DNA of 64,000 nt, taken from the NCBI GenBank assembly GCA_937899245.1, contig CALDKB010000047.1, positions 8,884 through 72,883 on the forward strand. The letters are read 5' to 3'. Numbering within the stretch: the first letter of the stretch is position 1; each line of letters opens with the position of its first letter. The notes beneath the pieces are model-generated. The model was not told the origin of the DNA and made no database searches. It saw nothing but the letters and a program-made list of their open reading frames with translations. Shown piece after piece: positions 46,564-56,438 of this stretch. The stretch is from an uncultured Bacteroidales bacterium (GTDB lineage: Bacteria > Bacteroidota > Bacteroidia > Bacteroidales > ML635J-15). The position numbers and the translations under genes are program-made.

Positions 46564-46716
46564 AGTTGTAAGTATTAAATTTTGTAATGTAAAATTATAA
46601 AAATTGTGCCAAACCTTGTCTGTGTTTACCGATTGAAGATGTTTAAATTTTTTTTAACTTTTTCAGGTTGACTCCTTTTTTGTTGTGAAATGCTTATTTG
46701 CTTTATAATCAACTTG

Positions 46717-47589
46717 TTATTTTAAAATCATCAGTTTCTTGTCGAAATCAAATATTACAGGCTTGTCGAAGAATGGAATCCCAAGAAAACCAAGTTGTGA
46801 TATGTTTTGCATTTTGTCGGTTATACCGATAGAACTTTTTTCGAAAATCTTGCCGCAGATGCACAGTTTTTCTGCATATATTCCTTGTGCAACAACGTCT
46901 CCTTTGGAGTTATAGGCGTCATTGATGGTTAAAATGCCATCTTGTATAGCTTTTGATAGGTTTTCGTTATGTTTCATGAGAAAGAGTGGGAGGGGATTCC
47001 CGAAATCAACAATCAAATTGCCATGTAGTTCTGCAGTTCCAGAAGGAGTTTCAATTTGTATTTCAGCGGATATTATCGGAAAGCCAAATTGCGAATCGAA
47101 CGATAGAGGAAATGATTTTCCTTCAGAGTCATTTGTTTTTTCTCTGGACATGACCGAAAAGCGGTTTCGCTGTATGTCGATTTCAATTATTGAACTGCTA
47201 TCTGCGGGGTGGTGAATGTTTTGTATTGGCATGCTGATGCCGTCATAGCCATTGACAATGAAAATAGGTCCATCATATATGAAGGATTCAATGCTTATTC
47301 TGCCAGTAGCTTTATAATCAATTGAATATACACTGTTGAGCAGGCGAATCTTTGATTGAGATGCTTCTATGGCAAGTCCTGAATCTGACATATATTTGTC
47401 ATAAATAGTTCTGCCAATCAGTAATGCAGGAATGCCAGATTCCAACATAATTTCAGAATTGATTCCGGCAATTTGGGCAGAAAAATATAAATGGCCATTT
47501 TCTTTTTTCAAATCAAGGTCCAGCCGTTGCTGTGCATTGATTGTCAATACAAAAGAAATGAAAAGTATCAACGATAAGACGTGCTTCAT
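46717..47589 (-). CDS. secreted hypothetical protein, possibly a two-lobed retropepsin-like fold with degenerate active-site motifs (290 aa)
   Basis: Signal peptide ...LTINAQQ. Two internally similar halves have ESGI (IMLESGIPALLIG) and DFGN (LIVDFGNPLPLFL) where aspartyl proteases carry D(T/S)GA. C-terminus GIPFFDKPVIFDFDKKLMIL. Confidence 0.4.
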   Translation of the reverse strand: MKHVLSLILFISFVLTINAQQRLDLDLKKENGHLYFSAQIAGINSEIMLESGIPALLIGRTIYDKYMSDSGLAIEASQSKIRLLNSVYSIDYKATGRISIESFIYDGPIFIVNGYDGISMPIQNIHHPADSSSIIEIDIQRNRFSVMSREKTNDSEGKSFPLSFDSQFGFPIISAEIQIETPSGTAELHGNLIVDFGNPLPLFLMKHNENLSKAIQDGILTINDAYNSKGDVVAQGIYAEKLCICGKIFEKSSIGITDKMQNISQLGFLGIPFFDKPVIFDFDKKLMILK

Positions 47590-47684
47590 TAGTCCATGTA
47601 ATTTAGAGCAAAGTTAGCATATTTTGCAATATATCCTGTCGTTATTTAAGTAGTGTGGAGCCGGTTAACTCAAGTACATTGGTT

Positions 47685-47718
47685 AAAAAAAAGGGCATTA
47701 GTAGAAACCAATGCCCTT
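47685..47718 (-). terminator. rho-independent terminator after dnaK
   Basis: aagggcatt/aatgccctt 9-bp stem followed (minus strand) by T8. Confidence 0.75.
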
Positions 47719-47743
47719 TAATATCTGAAGTTATAAGACAGTC

Positions 47744-49669
47744 TTACTTAACCTCCTCAAAGTCAACGTCGGTTACTTCGTCGTCGCCTTTTTTGCCACT
47801 GTCGTTGCAGTTGCAGTTTTGGTTGTTGCCACCGCAGTTGCAGTTAGGATCGGCCTGAGGACCAGCACTTGCGTTCTTATACATATCTTCAGAAGCTGCG
47901 TGGAATGCGTTGTTGAGCTTTTCCATTGCCTTATCAATAGCTGCAACGTCCTGGTTCTTGTGAGCTTCCTTAAGTTCACTCAATGCAGATTCGATAGGTG
48001 CCTTCTTGTCAGCTGGAATCTTATCACCCAGTTCCTTAAGCTGCTTTTCGGTCTGGAAAATCATTGAGTCGGCCTGGTTGATCTTGTCGATGCGTTCCTT
48101 TGCTGCCTTGTCGGCATTTGCATTGGCTTCTGCTTCAGCTTTCATGCGCTTGATTTCGTCATCGCTCAAGCCCGAAGATGCTTCGATACGGATGCTCTGT
48201 TCCTTGCCAGTTCCCTTATCCTTTGCAGATACCTTAAGGATACCGTTTGCGTCGATATCGAAAGTAACTTCAATCTGAGGTACGCCACGAGGAGCAGCTG
48301 GGATTCCATCGAGGTGGAAACGACCGATAGTCTTGTTGTCGTTTGCCATTGAGCGTTCGCCCTGAAGTACGTGGATTTCAACTGATGGCTGGTTGTCGGC
48401 AGCTGTTGAGAACACTTCCTGCTTCTTGCATGGTATTGTTGTGTTCGATTCGATGAGCTTTGTCATTACGCCACCCAAAGTTTCGATACCAAGAGACAAT
48501 GGAGTAACATCAAGAAGAAGAACGTCTGTAACATCGCCAGTGAGAACACCACCCTGAATAGCAGCACCTACAGCAACAACTTCGTCTGGGTTAACGCCCT
48601 TAGAAGGAGCCTTGCCAAAGAACTGCTTAACCTTTTCCTGAACAGCTGGGATACGAGTAGAACCACCTACCAAAAGAACTTCGTCGATGTCGGCAGCTGA
48701 GAAACCAGAATCCTTAAGTGCCTGCTGGCATGGAGCTATTGTTGCGTTGATTAAGCGGTCTGCCAATTGTTCAAACTGAGAACGAGTCAATGTTTTTACC
48801 AAGTGCTTTGGAACACCATCAACTGGCATGATGTACGGAAGGTTGATTTCCGATGATGTAGAAGAAGACAATTCGATTTTTGCCTTTTCTGCTGCTTCTT
48901 TCAAACGCTGAAGTGCGATAGAATCCTTGCGGAGGTCAACACCGTTTTCCTTCATGAATTCGTCTGCCAACCATTCGATAATTACGTGGTCGAAATCGTC
49001 GCCGCCAAGGTGAGTATCACCGTTTGTTGATTTAACTTCGAAAACGCCGTCGCCAAGTTCGAGGATTGAGATATCGAAAGTACCACCACCAAGGTCGAAT
49101 ACAGCAACCTTCATTTCCTTGTTCTTCTTGTCAAGGCCGTATGCCAAAGCGGCTGCAGTAGGTTCGTTGATGATTCTTTTAACCTTGAGACCTGCAATTT
49201 CGCCGGCTTCCTTAGTTGCCTGACGCTGAGAGTCGCTGAAGTATGCTGGAACGGTAATTACAGCTTCTGAAACTTCTTCACCTAGATATTCTTCTGCTGT
49301 CTTCTTCATTTTTTGGAGAACGATGGCTGAAATTTCTTGTGGGGTGTACATTCTGCCTTCGATTTCGACGCGTGGTGTATTGTTGTCGCCTTTTACAACT
49401 TTATAAGGGACACGTTCAATTTCCTTTGATACATTATCGTATCTTTCGCCCATGAAACGCTTTATTGAAAAGACTGTATTCAATGGGTTTGTTATTGCTT
49501 GACGTTTTGCCGGATCACCAACTTTGCGTTCTCCGTCCTTTAGGAAGCCAACGATTGATGGTGTTGTTCTGTGGCCTTCGCTATTGGTAATAACAACAGG
49601 TTCGCCACCTTCCATTACAGCTACACATGAGTTTGTAGTACCTAAGTCAATTCCTATTATTTTGCTCAT
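47744..49669 (-). CDS. dnaK: molecular chaperone DnaK (Hsp70)
   Basis: [23 protein letters not shown] and the full-length Hsp70 pattern. Ends DVDFEEVK, preceded by an unusual [14 protein letters not shown] stretch. Confidence 0.97.
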   Translation of the reverse strand: MSKIIGIDLGTTNSCVAVMEGGEPVVITNSEGHRTTPSIVGFLKDGERKVGDPAKRQAITNPLNTVFSIKRFMGERYDNVSKEIERVPYKVVKGDNNTPRVEIEGRMYTPQEISAIVLQKMKKTAEEYLGEEVSEAVITVPAYFSDSQRQATKEAGEIAGLKVKRIINEPTAAALAYGLDKKNKEMKVAVFDLGGGTFDISILELGDGVFEVKSTNGDTHLGGDDFDHVIIEWLADEFMKENGVDLRKDSIALQRLKEAAEKAKIELSSSTSSEINLPYIMPVDGVPKHLVKTLTRSQFEQLADRLINATIAPCQQALKDSGFSAADIDEVLLVGGSTRIPAVQEKVKQFFGKAPSKGVNPDEVVAVGAAIQGGVLTGDVTDVLLLDVTPLSLGIETLGGVMTKLIESNTTIPCKKQEVFSTAADNQPSVEIHVLQGERSMANDNKTIGRFHLDGIPAAPRGVPQIEVTFDIDANGILKVSAKDKGTGKEQSIRIEASSGLSDDEIKRMKAEAEANANADKAAKERIDKINQADSMIFQTEKQLKELGDKIPADKKAPIESALSELKEAHKNQDVAAIDKAMEKLNNAFHAASEDMYKNASAGPQADPNCNCGGNNQNCNCNDSGKKGDDEVTDVDFEEVK

Positions 49670-49993
49670 AGTTTTATTTATTTTTTATGTTTAACAAGTT
49701 TTGTTTTCAATTGTTTGTCGTCTGTGTATGTCAATCGTTGTGCCATTGTATATGAAAAAATTATGGTAATATTTGATTGGTATTGTATAATGTGTTGTTA
49801 TTCAATGTATTGTTGCGACGTAAAAAATTATCTAAGCGTTTTGGTACTGTCGTATCATATTATTCAAAAGTGATTATTTGGCATATTTCCTTTCCAGAAT
49901 CAATATTTTGATGTCAGTATATGTGACATATTGTCATAACAAGTATTGTCCGCTAATATATATAGGTGTTGTTTTCCAAATGATATATAGATA

Positions 49994-50027
49994 CAAAAAA
50001 AGCCACTCGCATGAGTGGCTTTTTTTA
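49994..50027 (-). terminator. rho-independent terminator after the hydrogenase operon
   Basis: agccactc/gagtggct stem flanked by A7 and T7. Confidence 0.75.
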
Positions 50028-50042
50028 TTTGCGTAATAGGAA

Positions 50043-50522
50043 TTAGTTGTTGTATTCAGCAATAATTTCCTTTACCTTGTCAGGAGTAAGACGGCCGTAA
50101 ACCTTGCTGCCAACCATAGCAACAGGAGCAAGACCGCAAGCACCAACGCAACGGAGGCAGTTCAAAGAGAACTTGCCGTCTGGAGTTGTTTGACCAACTT
50201 CGATGTTTAATTGACGCTTAAATTCGTCCAATACCTTTTCTGCACCACGTACGTAGCAAGCAGTACCCAAGCAAACGTCGATTGGGAATTTGCCTTTAGG
50301 CTGCATGGTGAAGAAAGAATAGAAAGAAACAATACCGTAAACTTTTGCTACTGGCATATTGAGTTCGTGAGCAACAAGTTCCTGAACTTCAACTGGAAGA
50401 TAGCCAAATTTACCCTGAACTTGGTGAAGTACATTGATAACTTCGCCTGCCTTGTTACCGAAAGACTTGCAAATGTCCTTGATAACGTCTATTTTATCCT
50501 GTGATATTTTAATTGTAGCCAT
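50043..50522 (-). CDS. hydC: NuoE-like [2Fe-2S] subunit of a multimeric [FeFe] hydrogenase
   Basis: 159 aa. Cys pattern CLGTAC...CLRCVGACGLAP is typical of NuoE/HndA/HydC. Confidence 0.85.
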   Translation of the reverse strand: MATIKISQDKIDVIKDICKSFGNKAGEVINVLHQVQGKFGYLPVEVQELVAHELNMPVAKVYGIVSFYSFFTMQPKGKFPIDVCLGTACYVRGAEKVLDEFKRQLNIEVGQTTPDGKFSLNCLRCVGACGLAPVAMVGSKVYGRLTPDKVKEIIAEYNN

Positions 50523-50539
50523 ATCTTAAAGTTTTAAAA

Positions 50540-52330
50540 TTATTTTTGTGCATCAACCTTATCGGATTTGTCGAAATAGTGTGTGTGAAGTTGTTCGTGA
50601 GACTTGTGTCCGCATGGTTCACCGTAGTATTCCTTGTATATAGCGATGATATCAGGATTTTCGTGAGACTTACGGATTGGTTTGCCAGCATCTTCACGGT
50701 ATGTAGCTTCCATTCTCTTTTGGATGATGTCGCTGTGACCATGGTGATATGGTTGACCAGCACCACCGATACAACCACCTGGGCAAGCCATAACTTCGAT
50801 GAAGTGGTAGCCGTTAGGATTTCCGTTGCGAACTTCTTCCATCAACTGGCGAGCATTAGACAAGCCGTAGCAAACAGCTACCTTAACTGCCAAACCGTTG
50901 AAATCAACAGTAGCTGTTCTTACGCTGTCGCCGTAGATGCCACGAACAGCTTCGAGGTCGATCTTTGGTAATGGCTTACCGCAGAATACTTCGTATGCTG
51001 TACGAACTGCTGCTTCCATAACACCACCAGTAGCGCCGAAGATAACTGCAGCACCAGTAGACTGACCCAATGGGCTGTCGAAGTCTTCTTCTGGAAGGTC
51101 GTTGAGGTTAAGGTTGCACTGTTTGATCATGTGTGCAAGTTCACGAGTTGTGAGTGAGAAGTTAACGTCTGGATCACCGTTTACCTTGAATTCGTCACGT
51201 GCACATTCGCTCTTCTTGGCCAAGCAAGGCATGATAGATACAACTACCAAGTCTTCGCGCTTAACATTGATCTTTTCTGCGAAGTAGTTCTTAGCAACTG
51301 CACCAAACATCTGCTGTGGAGATTTTGCTGTTGACGGGTAGTCTAACAAATCTGGGAAGTTCTTCTCGTAGAATGTAACCCAACCTGGGCAGCAAGAAGT
51401 GAATAGAGGAAGGTGAGTTGGCTTGCCAGCGATGAAGTCCTTGATACGACCAAGAAGTTCTGTACCTTCTTCCATGATAGTCAAGTCAGCAGACCAGTCT
51501 GTATCGAATACGTAGTCGAAACCTAAGCGGCGGAGAGCAGCAGCCATTTTGCCAGTTACGATAGTACCTGGTTCCATACCGAATTCTTCACCCAAAGCAA
51601 CACGTACAGCAGGAGCAGTTTGAACAACAACCTTCTTAGTAGGATCAGCGATAGCCTTCATAACGTCGCCGATGTTGTCAACCAAAGTCAAAGCGCCAAC
51701 AGGACATACCTGAACGCACTGACCGCAGTTAACACAAGAGCTTTCGCTCAAATCCTGTTCGAATGCTGGAGCAACAACAGCGTCGAAACCACGGTTTACA
51801 GCGCTCAAAGCACCAACGCTCTGGAATTTGTTACACATAGTTTCGCAACGGCGGCACATAACGCACTTGTCCATATCGCGTTCAACCGACAAAGTGTGAT
51901 CCTTGCGGTAAGTTGACTGAGCGCCCTTGAATGGGATTTCCTTAATACCTAATCTCTTTGCCAAAGCCTGAAGTTCGCAGTCGCCATTCTTTTCGCACTG
52001 CAAGCAGTCATTTGGATGGTCGGAAAGGATAAGTTCAACAACAGTACGACGTGCGTTGATAACGCGTGCGCTGTGTGTAAGAACTTCCATACCTTCAACA
52101 CAGTCGGTAGCACATGCCGGAGCAAGGTTACGACGAGGACGACCGTTGAAATCTTTAACAACTTCGACAACACAAACACGGCATCCGCCCGGTTTGTTTT
52201 CAAATTTCATTCCCTGCAGTTCGAAGTAGCATAATGTAGGGATGTCGATACCAGCTTGACGGGCAGCCTTCAAGATTGTTGTACCCGGTTCAACCTGTAT
52301 AGGTTTGTTATCTATGATTACGTTTATCAT
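50540..52330 (-). CDS. hydA: [FeFe] hydrogenase catalytic subunit
   Basis: H-cluster motifs FTSCCPGW, MPCLAKKSE and EVMACPGGCIGGAGQP. N-terminal 2Fe-2S and 4Fe-4S ferredoxin modules. Confidence 0.92.
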   Translation of the reverse strand: MINVIIDNKPIQVEPGTTILKAARQAGIDIPTLCYFELQGMKFENKPGGCRVCVVEVVKDFNGRPRRNLAPACATDCVEGMEVLTHSARVINARRTVVELILSDHPNDCLQCEKNGDCELQALAKRLGIKEIPFKGAQSTYRKDHTLSVERDMDKCVMCRRCETMCNKFQSVGALSAVNRGFDAVVAPAFEQDLSESSCVNCGQCVQVCPVGALTLVDNIGDVMKAIADPTKKVVVQTAPAVRVALGEEFGMEPGTIVTGKMAAALRRLGFDYVFDTDWSADLTIMEEGTELLGRIKDFIAGKPTHLPLFTSCCPGWVTFYEKNFPDLLDYPSTAKSPQQMFGAVAKNYFAEKINVKREDLVVVSIMPCLAKKSECARDEFKVNGDPDVNFSLTTRELAHMIKQCNLNLNDLPEEDFDSPLGQSTGAAVIFGATGGVMEAAVRTAYEVFCGKPLPKIDLEAVRGIYGDSVRTATVDFNGLAVKVAVCYGLSNARQLMEEVRNGNPNGYHFIEVMACPGGCIGGAGQPYHHGHSDIIQKRMEATYREDAGKPIRKSHENPDIIAIYKEYYGEPCGHKSHEQLHTHYFDKSDKVDAQK

Positions 52331-52358
52331 TTCTAGTTAATTTTTAACGTTCAACAAT

Positions 52359-54233
52359 TTATTTTACAGAAATTGCACCAAATTTACATCCGCTGATACA
52401 AGCACCGCACTTCAAGCACTTTTCAGTGTTGATTTCCATAGAAGCCAACTTGTGACCTTCTGGAGTGTAGTTTGTACGTGTGATAGCTTCAGCAGGACAG
52501 CCCTTCTGACATTTTCCACAACCGATACACTTTTCAGGATCGATAACGTAGTTCATGAGTTTCTTGCAAACACCAGCGCGGCATTTCTTGTCAACAACGT
52601 GTTCTACATATTCATCCCAGAAGTTATCCAAAGTAGAAAGAACTGGGTTTGGAGAAGTTTGACCAAGACCGCAAAGAGCAGAGTCCTTGATTACTGCTGC
52701 AAGGTTGCGTAGTTCGTTAAGGTCATCCATAGTTCCGCGTCCGTCTGTAATCTTTTCAAGGATTTCGCATAAGCGCTTGTTACCGATACGGCATGGAGAG
52801 CACTTACCGCAGCTTTCTTCGCAAGTAAATTCAAGGTAGAATTTAGCGATAGCTGGCATACAAGAAGTTTCGTCCATTACAACCATACCGCCAGAACCCA
52901 TCATTGAACCAGCAGCTACAAGAGAATCGTAGTCGATTGCTGTGTCAAGGTGTTTTTCAGTCAAGCAACCTCCCGAAGGACCACCGGTCTGAACAGCTTT
53001 GAACTTACGTCCGCCCTTAATGCCACCACCGATTTCGTAAATGATTTCACGAAGAGTGATACCCATAGGAACTTCGATAAGACCAACATTGTTAATCTGA
53101 CCTGCCAATGCGAATACCTTAGTACCCTTTGACTTTTCAGAACCGATTGTGCTGAACCATTCTGCACCCTTATTGATAATAACAGGAACGTTTGCGAAAG
53201 TTTCAACATTGTTTACGTTAGATGGTTTTGCCATGTAACCGCTTACTGCTGGGAATGGTGGTTTCAAAGTAGGTTCACCACGCTGACCTTCCATAGAGTG
53301 GATAAGAGCAGTTTCCTCACCGCAAACGAATGCACCAGCACCGTAACGGAGTTCGATATCGAATTCGAAGTTAGTTCCGAAGATATTCTTTCCAAGAAGA
53401 CCATATTCGCGAGCCTGGCTGATAGCAACCTGCAATCTGTGGATTGCTAATGGATATTCAGCACGGATATAGATCAAACCCTTTGTTGCGTTGATAGCGT
53501 AACCGCAGATAGCCATAGCTTCGATGATTCCGTTCGGGTCACCTTCAAGAATTGAACGGTCCATGAATGCACCTGGGTCACCTTCGTCAGCGTTACAGAT
53601 AACATATTTCTGGTCAGCAGCGTTCTTTGCGCAAAGTTCCCATTTCATACCAGTTGGGAAACCTGCACCACCACGACCGCGAAGGCCAGAAGCCTTAACA
53701 ACTGCTATAGTGTCCTGTGGGGTCATTGTAGTAAGAACCTTTGCCAATGCAGTGTAACCATCGTGAGCGATAGAATCTTCGATGTCTTCTGGATTGATCA
53801 AACCACAGTTACGCAAAGCGATACGAGTCTGCTTCTTGTAGAATTCCATGTGTTTAGAGTCGCTTACGTGTTCCTGAGTCTTCGGGTCAACGTAAAGAAG
53901 ACGTGTTACCTTGTTACCTTTTACAACATGTTCTGCAACGATTTCCTTTGCGTCTTCAGGGGTAACCTGTGTGTAGAAAGTGTTGTCTGGCAATACTTTT
54001 ACGATAGGTCCTTTTTCGCAGAAGCCAAAGCATCCAGTAGGAACTACCTTTACTTCATTTGACAAACCATTTGCAGCGATTTCATCTCTCAACTGCTTCA
54101 TGATTTCAGTGCTCTTAGATGCTGTACAGCCTGTACCACCGCATACCAAGAGGTGCATCTTGTACTTCATCGATTTGCCTTGCATACTTTCTTTAATCTT
54201 TGTTAAGTCTGCAAGATTCTGAATTTTATTCAT
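52359..54233 (-). CDS. hydB: NuoF-like NAD(P)H/FMN-binding subunit of the [FeFe] hydrogenase
   Basis: GRGGAGFPTGMKW, GEETALIHSMEG, ESCGKCSPCR and C-terminal 2x[4Fe-4S] motifs (CIGCGKCQKGCP, CLKCGACISGC). Confidence 0.9.
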   Translation of the reverse strand: MNKIQNLADLTKIKESMQGKSMKYKMHLLVCGGTGCTASKSTEIMKQLRDEIAANGLSNEVKVVPTGCFGFCEKGPIVKVLPDNTFYTQVTPEDAKEIVAEHVVKGNKVTRLLYVDPKTQEHVSDSKHMEFYKKQTRIALRNCGLINPEDIEDSIAHDGYTALAKVLTTMTPQDTIAVVKASGLRGRGGAGFPTGMKWELCAKNAADQKYVICNADEGDPGAFMDRSILEGDPNGIIEAMAICGYAINATKGLIYIRAEYPLAIHRLQVAISQAREYGLLGKNIFGTNFEFDIELRYGAGAFVCGEETALIHSMEGQRGEPTLKPPFPAVSGYMAKPSNVNNVETFANVPVIINKGAEWFSTIGSEKSKGTKVFALAGQINNVGLIEVPMGITLREIIYEIGGGIKGGRKFKAVQTGGPSGGCLTEKHLDTAIDYDSLVAAGSMMGSGGMVVMDETSCMPAIAKFYLEFTCEESCGKCSPCRIGNKRLCEILEKITDGRGTMDDLNELRNLAAVIKDSALCGLGQTSPNPVLSTLDNFWDEYVEHVVDKKCRAGVCKKLMNYVIDPEKCIGCGKCQKGCPAEAITRTNYTPEGHKLASMEINTEKCLKCGACISGCKFGAISVK

Positions 54234-54304
54234 ACTTATCCTCCAAAGTTAAATTTGAAATTATTTGTACTTAATATTGTTGTCTCCTAATTAAAATTAG
54301 ATGG

Positions 54305-54312
54305 CAAAATTA
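54305..54312 (-). promoter_or_regulatory. candidate -7 box (TAatTTTG on the minus strand) for the hyd operon
   Basis: The plus strand reads caaaatta, about 75 nt upstream of the ATG at 54233. Confidence 0.3.
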
Positions 54313-54642
54313 CTTCTTTTTTTCTTCTTTCCCCTATGTTTTAAAGCACCGTTTTTATGCCGATTGCTATTTTTAATAAATCAGGTAAAAAAATAACGTT
54401 GATGACTTGTTCAGTATGTTGATTATTAAGAATATATGAACGATATGCTTGGCGTGCAAATAATATTTCCATGTTGTTAAACATATAATCCATTGATTTT
54501 TAAATATGTTTAAAAATGTATATATGTGTTGTTTAACAACAACCTAAAGCGTTTTTTTTGATATGAAAATTTGTCGATTGAATAAATGTAGACTTTTTGT
54601 GACTGGAGTTGTCGCGATTGATTTCTAAAAAATCTTGTAATG

Positions 54643-54710
54643 AAAAAAAGTGCGTAAATCAGCGGAAGGTGGAAAAATAAATAGGTTCCCGCAAGTTTAC
54701 GCACAAAAAA
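54643..54710 (-). terminator. long hairpin terminator downstream of the islet gene
   Basis: Perfect outer stem gtgcgtaaa (54650-54658) / tttacgcac (54696-54704) with an inner gcgg/ccgc pairing, flanked by A7 and A6 runs. It lies 39 nt after the stop at 54743. Confidence 0.6.
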
Positions 54711-54742
54711 TGAAACTGAATAATAGGAATATTTCGATTCGG

Positions 54743-56319
54743 TTATTTCATCCTTTCGACAACATAACGACCGATTATTTTCTTTAATTCTGTAAAAACG
54801 CTGTTGTCGTTAATAGAACCCCAATGTTTTTCAAAAATTGGATTGTTTCTGTCGAATATGCCTCTTTCTTTTCTGTAGATTATTAAACGCTCCTTATCGC
54901 ATAAAGCCAATATGCTGGCTGACATCATTTTGCAATAAGATAATGCTTGGTTGAATGCATTTGTCTTTTCTGTCATATTTCGCATATCGAATTTTGCTTC
55001 AAGTACGAATGGCGCATTTTGAAAATGTTCTTCTCCGTATGGGAAAAATACGAAATCGGGAATTGCTTTTAGCCCACGACCTGCTTTTGTGATAATTGTC
55101 TGTTCCAGTCGTGCTCGGAATATCCAAGTTTTTCAAGCAATGGTATCAGCAATTTTTCTTCAACATCCTTTTCGTTTTTTACAGTTATATTGATGTCTAA
55201 ATTGGGACTGTAAAGTTGTGGTAATGTAGATGTGTCAAATCCTTTTTCTCGTATTAATCTTTGTATTTCGGTATAGTCTTTTGCTGTAAGTTTAACTCCG
55301 TATATTCCTTGAAGATTTTTCCGAACAATTGGAATGTTTGATGTATATGCGTCTGATTTTAGTTCAGAAAAATGAATAGGCTCAACTTTTATCCCTTGAG
55401 TAACGTATGTCCTGCAATAATAGTAATCGAATGGATTGATGACTCCATCGTATTTTGCTCTCCAAATAGAATGAATGCAGCTGTATGGTGTTCTGCAATA
55501 AAGTACAATGATATCGCCTTTTTTTGTTTCTTCGTTTCCTGCCCAAAGAAGTCCCTCATTTGTACCGTTAAATTCTTCTAAATCTTTATAGTCTTCTTTG
55601 CTTCCTCCTGTTAGCCAAATGTTTGTCGGTTCAGGCAATTCTTTATTTGTTTGTTTCTCTTCAAACATCGAAGCGTAATCATATAGGCAGGCACAAAATT
55701 CTCCACTTGTTAAATTGTTTGCCTTTTGATATTTTTCAAAAGCTTCACATATGTCACAGTAGTACATTATTCTAGCTTTGTGATTGTTTCGTGGCGGAAT
55801 TGGTGGTAGGTTTATTCCTAATATATCGCAGTGTTTGATAATAATGTCAAAATGATCGGCAACAAGAATTGGTTTGAATAAATCGGGACGTTTTAAATAC
55901 AATAATGTGCTGACAATATGTATGTAATTGCCAATGTTTCTATATTCACCTTTTTTATAGTATGACCATGTTTCTGAAAATGAAAATCCTCTTTCTTTGT
56001 CTTCTTCTTTGTCAGGTTTTATTAATCCGTAAATATTAGAATTATCAATAAGCCACTCAAAAAATGTTCTTACATCAGATATTTCATTATAGTTGATTTT
56101 TAGTAGTTTATAATTTTCATTAGCGTACCAGACATCGTCTCTAAAATTATTTTTTGTCTTTTCTATTGTGTCATTTCCTATTATATAATATTTAGCAAAA
56201 GGCTCAAACATACTTTCTGTATCAACATATTTCTTTGTTTTATACACATTTTCATAAGTATCAATTGCTTTCTTGCCTCTTTCCGAAGCCTTGTACATTT
56301 CCCAAACTTGCTTATACAT
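54743..56319 (-). pseudogene. frameshifted gene: unknown N-terminal domain + PUA-like (EVE/ASCH-type) domain + PD-(D/E)xK (HsdR-N/Mrr-like) nuclease domain
   Basis: The ORF track splits it into 55069-56319 (416 aa) and 54743-54985 (80 aa). The frame of the 80-aa ORF is actually open from 55132 and reads ...TKAGRGLKAIPDFVFFPYGEEHFQNAPFVLEAKFDMRNMTEK.... Adding one A to the A4 run (plus-strand T4 at 55085-55088) joins ...LLEKLGYSEHDWNRQLSQK to AGRGLKAIPDF.... The region is visibly AT-rich relative to its neighbours. Confidence 0.7.
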
Positions 56320-56395
56320 AAAATTGTGGTTTATTGATTGTTACAAAAGTAAATAATCATTTTAAATATAGGTCTGTTTATCAGCCAAAATTCAT

Positions 56396-56403
56396 TACTT
56401 TTG
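56396..56403 (+). promoter_or_regulatory. candidate -7 box (TActTTTG) for valS
   Basis: Matches TAnnTTTG, 36 nt upstream of the ATG at 56439. It lies inside the ORF-track N-terminal extension, which argues for the later start. Confidence 0.45.
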
Positions 56404-56438
56404 CAGACTTTTTAATTAATAGGAATAAAAGTTTCAAT

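Noticed and set aside
49670-49993. Search for a CIRCE (TTAGCACTC-N9-GAGTGCTAA) heat-shock operator upstream of dnaK. A small inverted repeat, atgtca...tgacat, lies near 49905-49925.
   Set aside because: There is no CIRCE-like sequence. The small palindrome is short, AT-rich and far from the start codon.
54244-54251. TAacTTTG match immediately upstream of hydB.
   Set aside because: It is only 11-18 nt from the ATG and overlaps a GGAGGA-like ribosome-binding stretch. The box at 54305-54312 is the better promoter candidate.
54510-54704. 64-aa minus-strand ORF between the hyd operon and the islet gene.
   Set aside because: It starts inside the terminator hairpin, is AT-rich and low-complexity, and has no start context.
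56334-56438. 35-aa N-terminal extension of valS in the ORF track.
   Set aside because: The extension is not ValRS-like and contains the TActTTTG promoter box. The conserved ValRS N-terminus begins at the Met at 56439.
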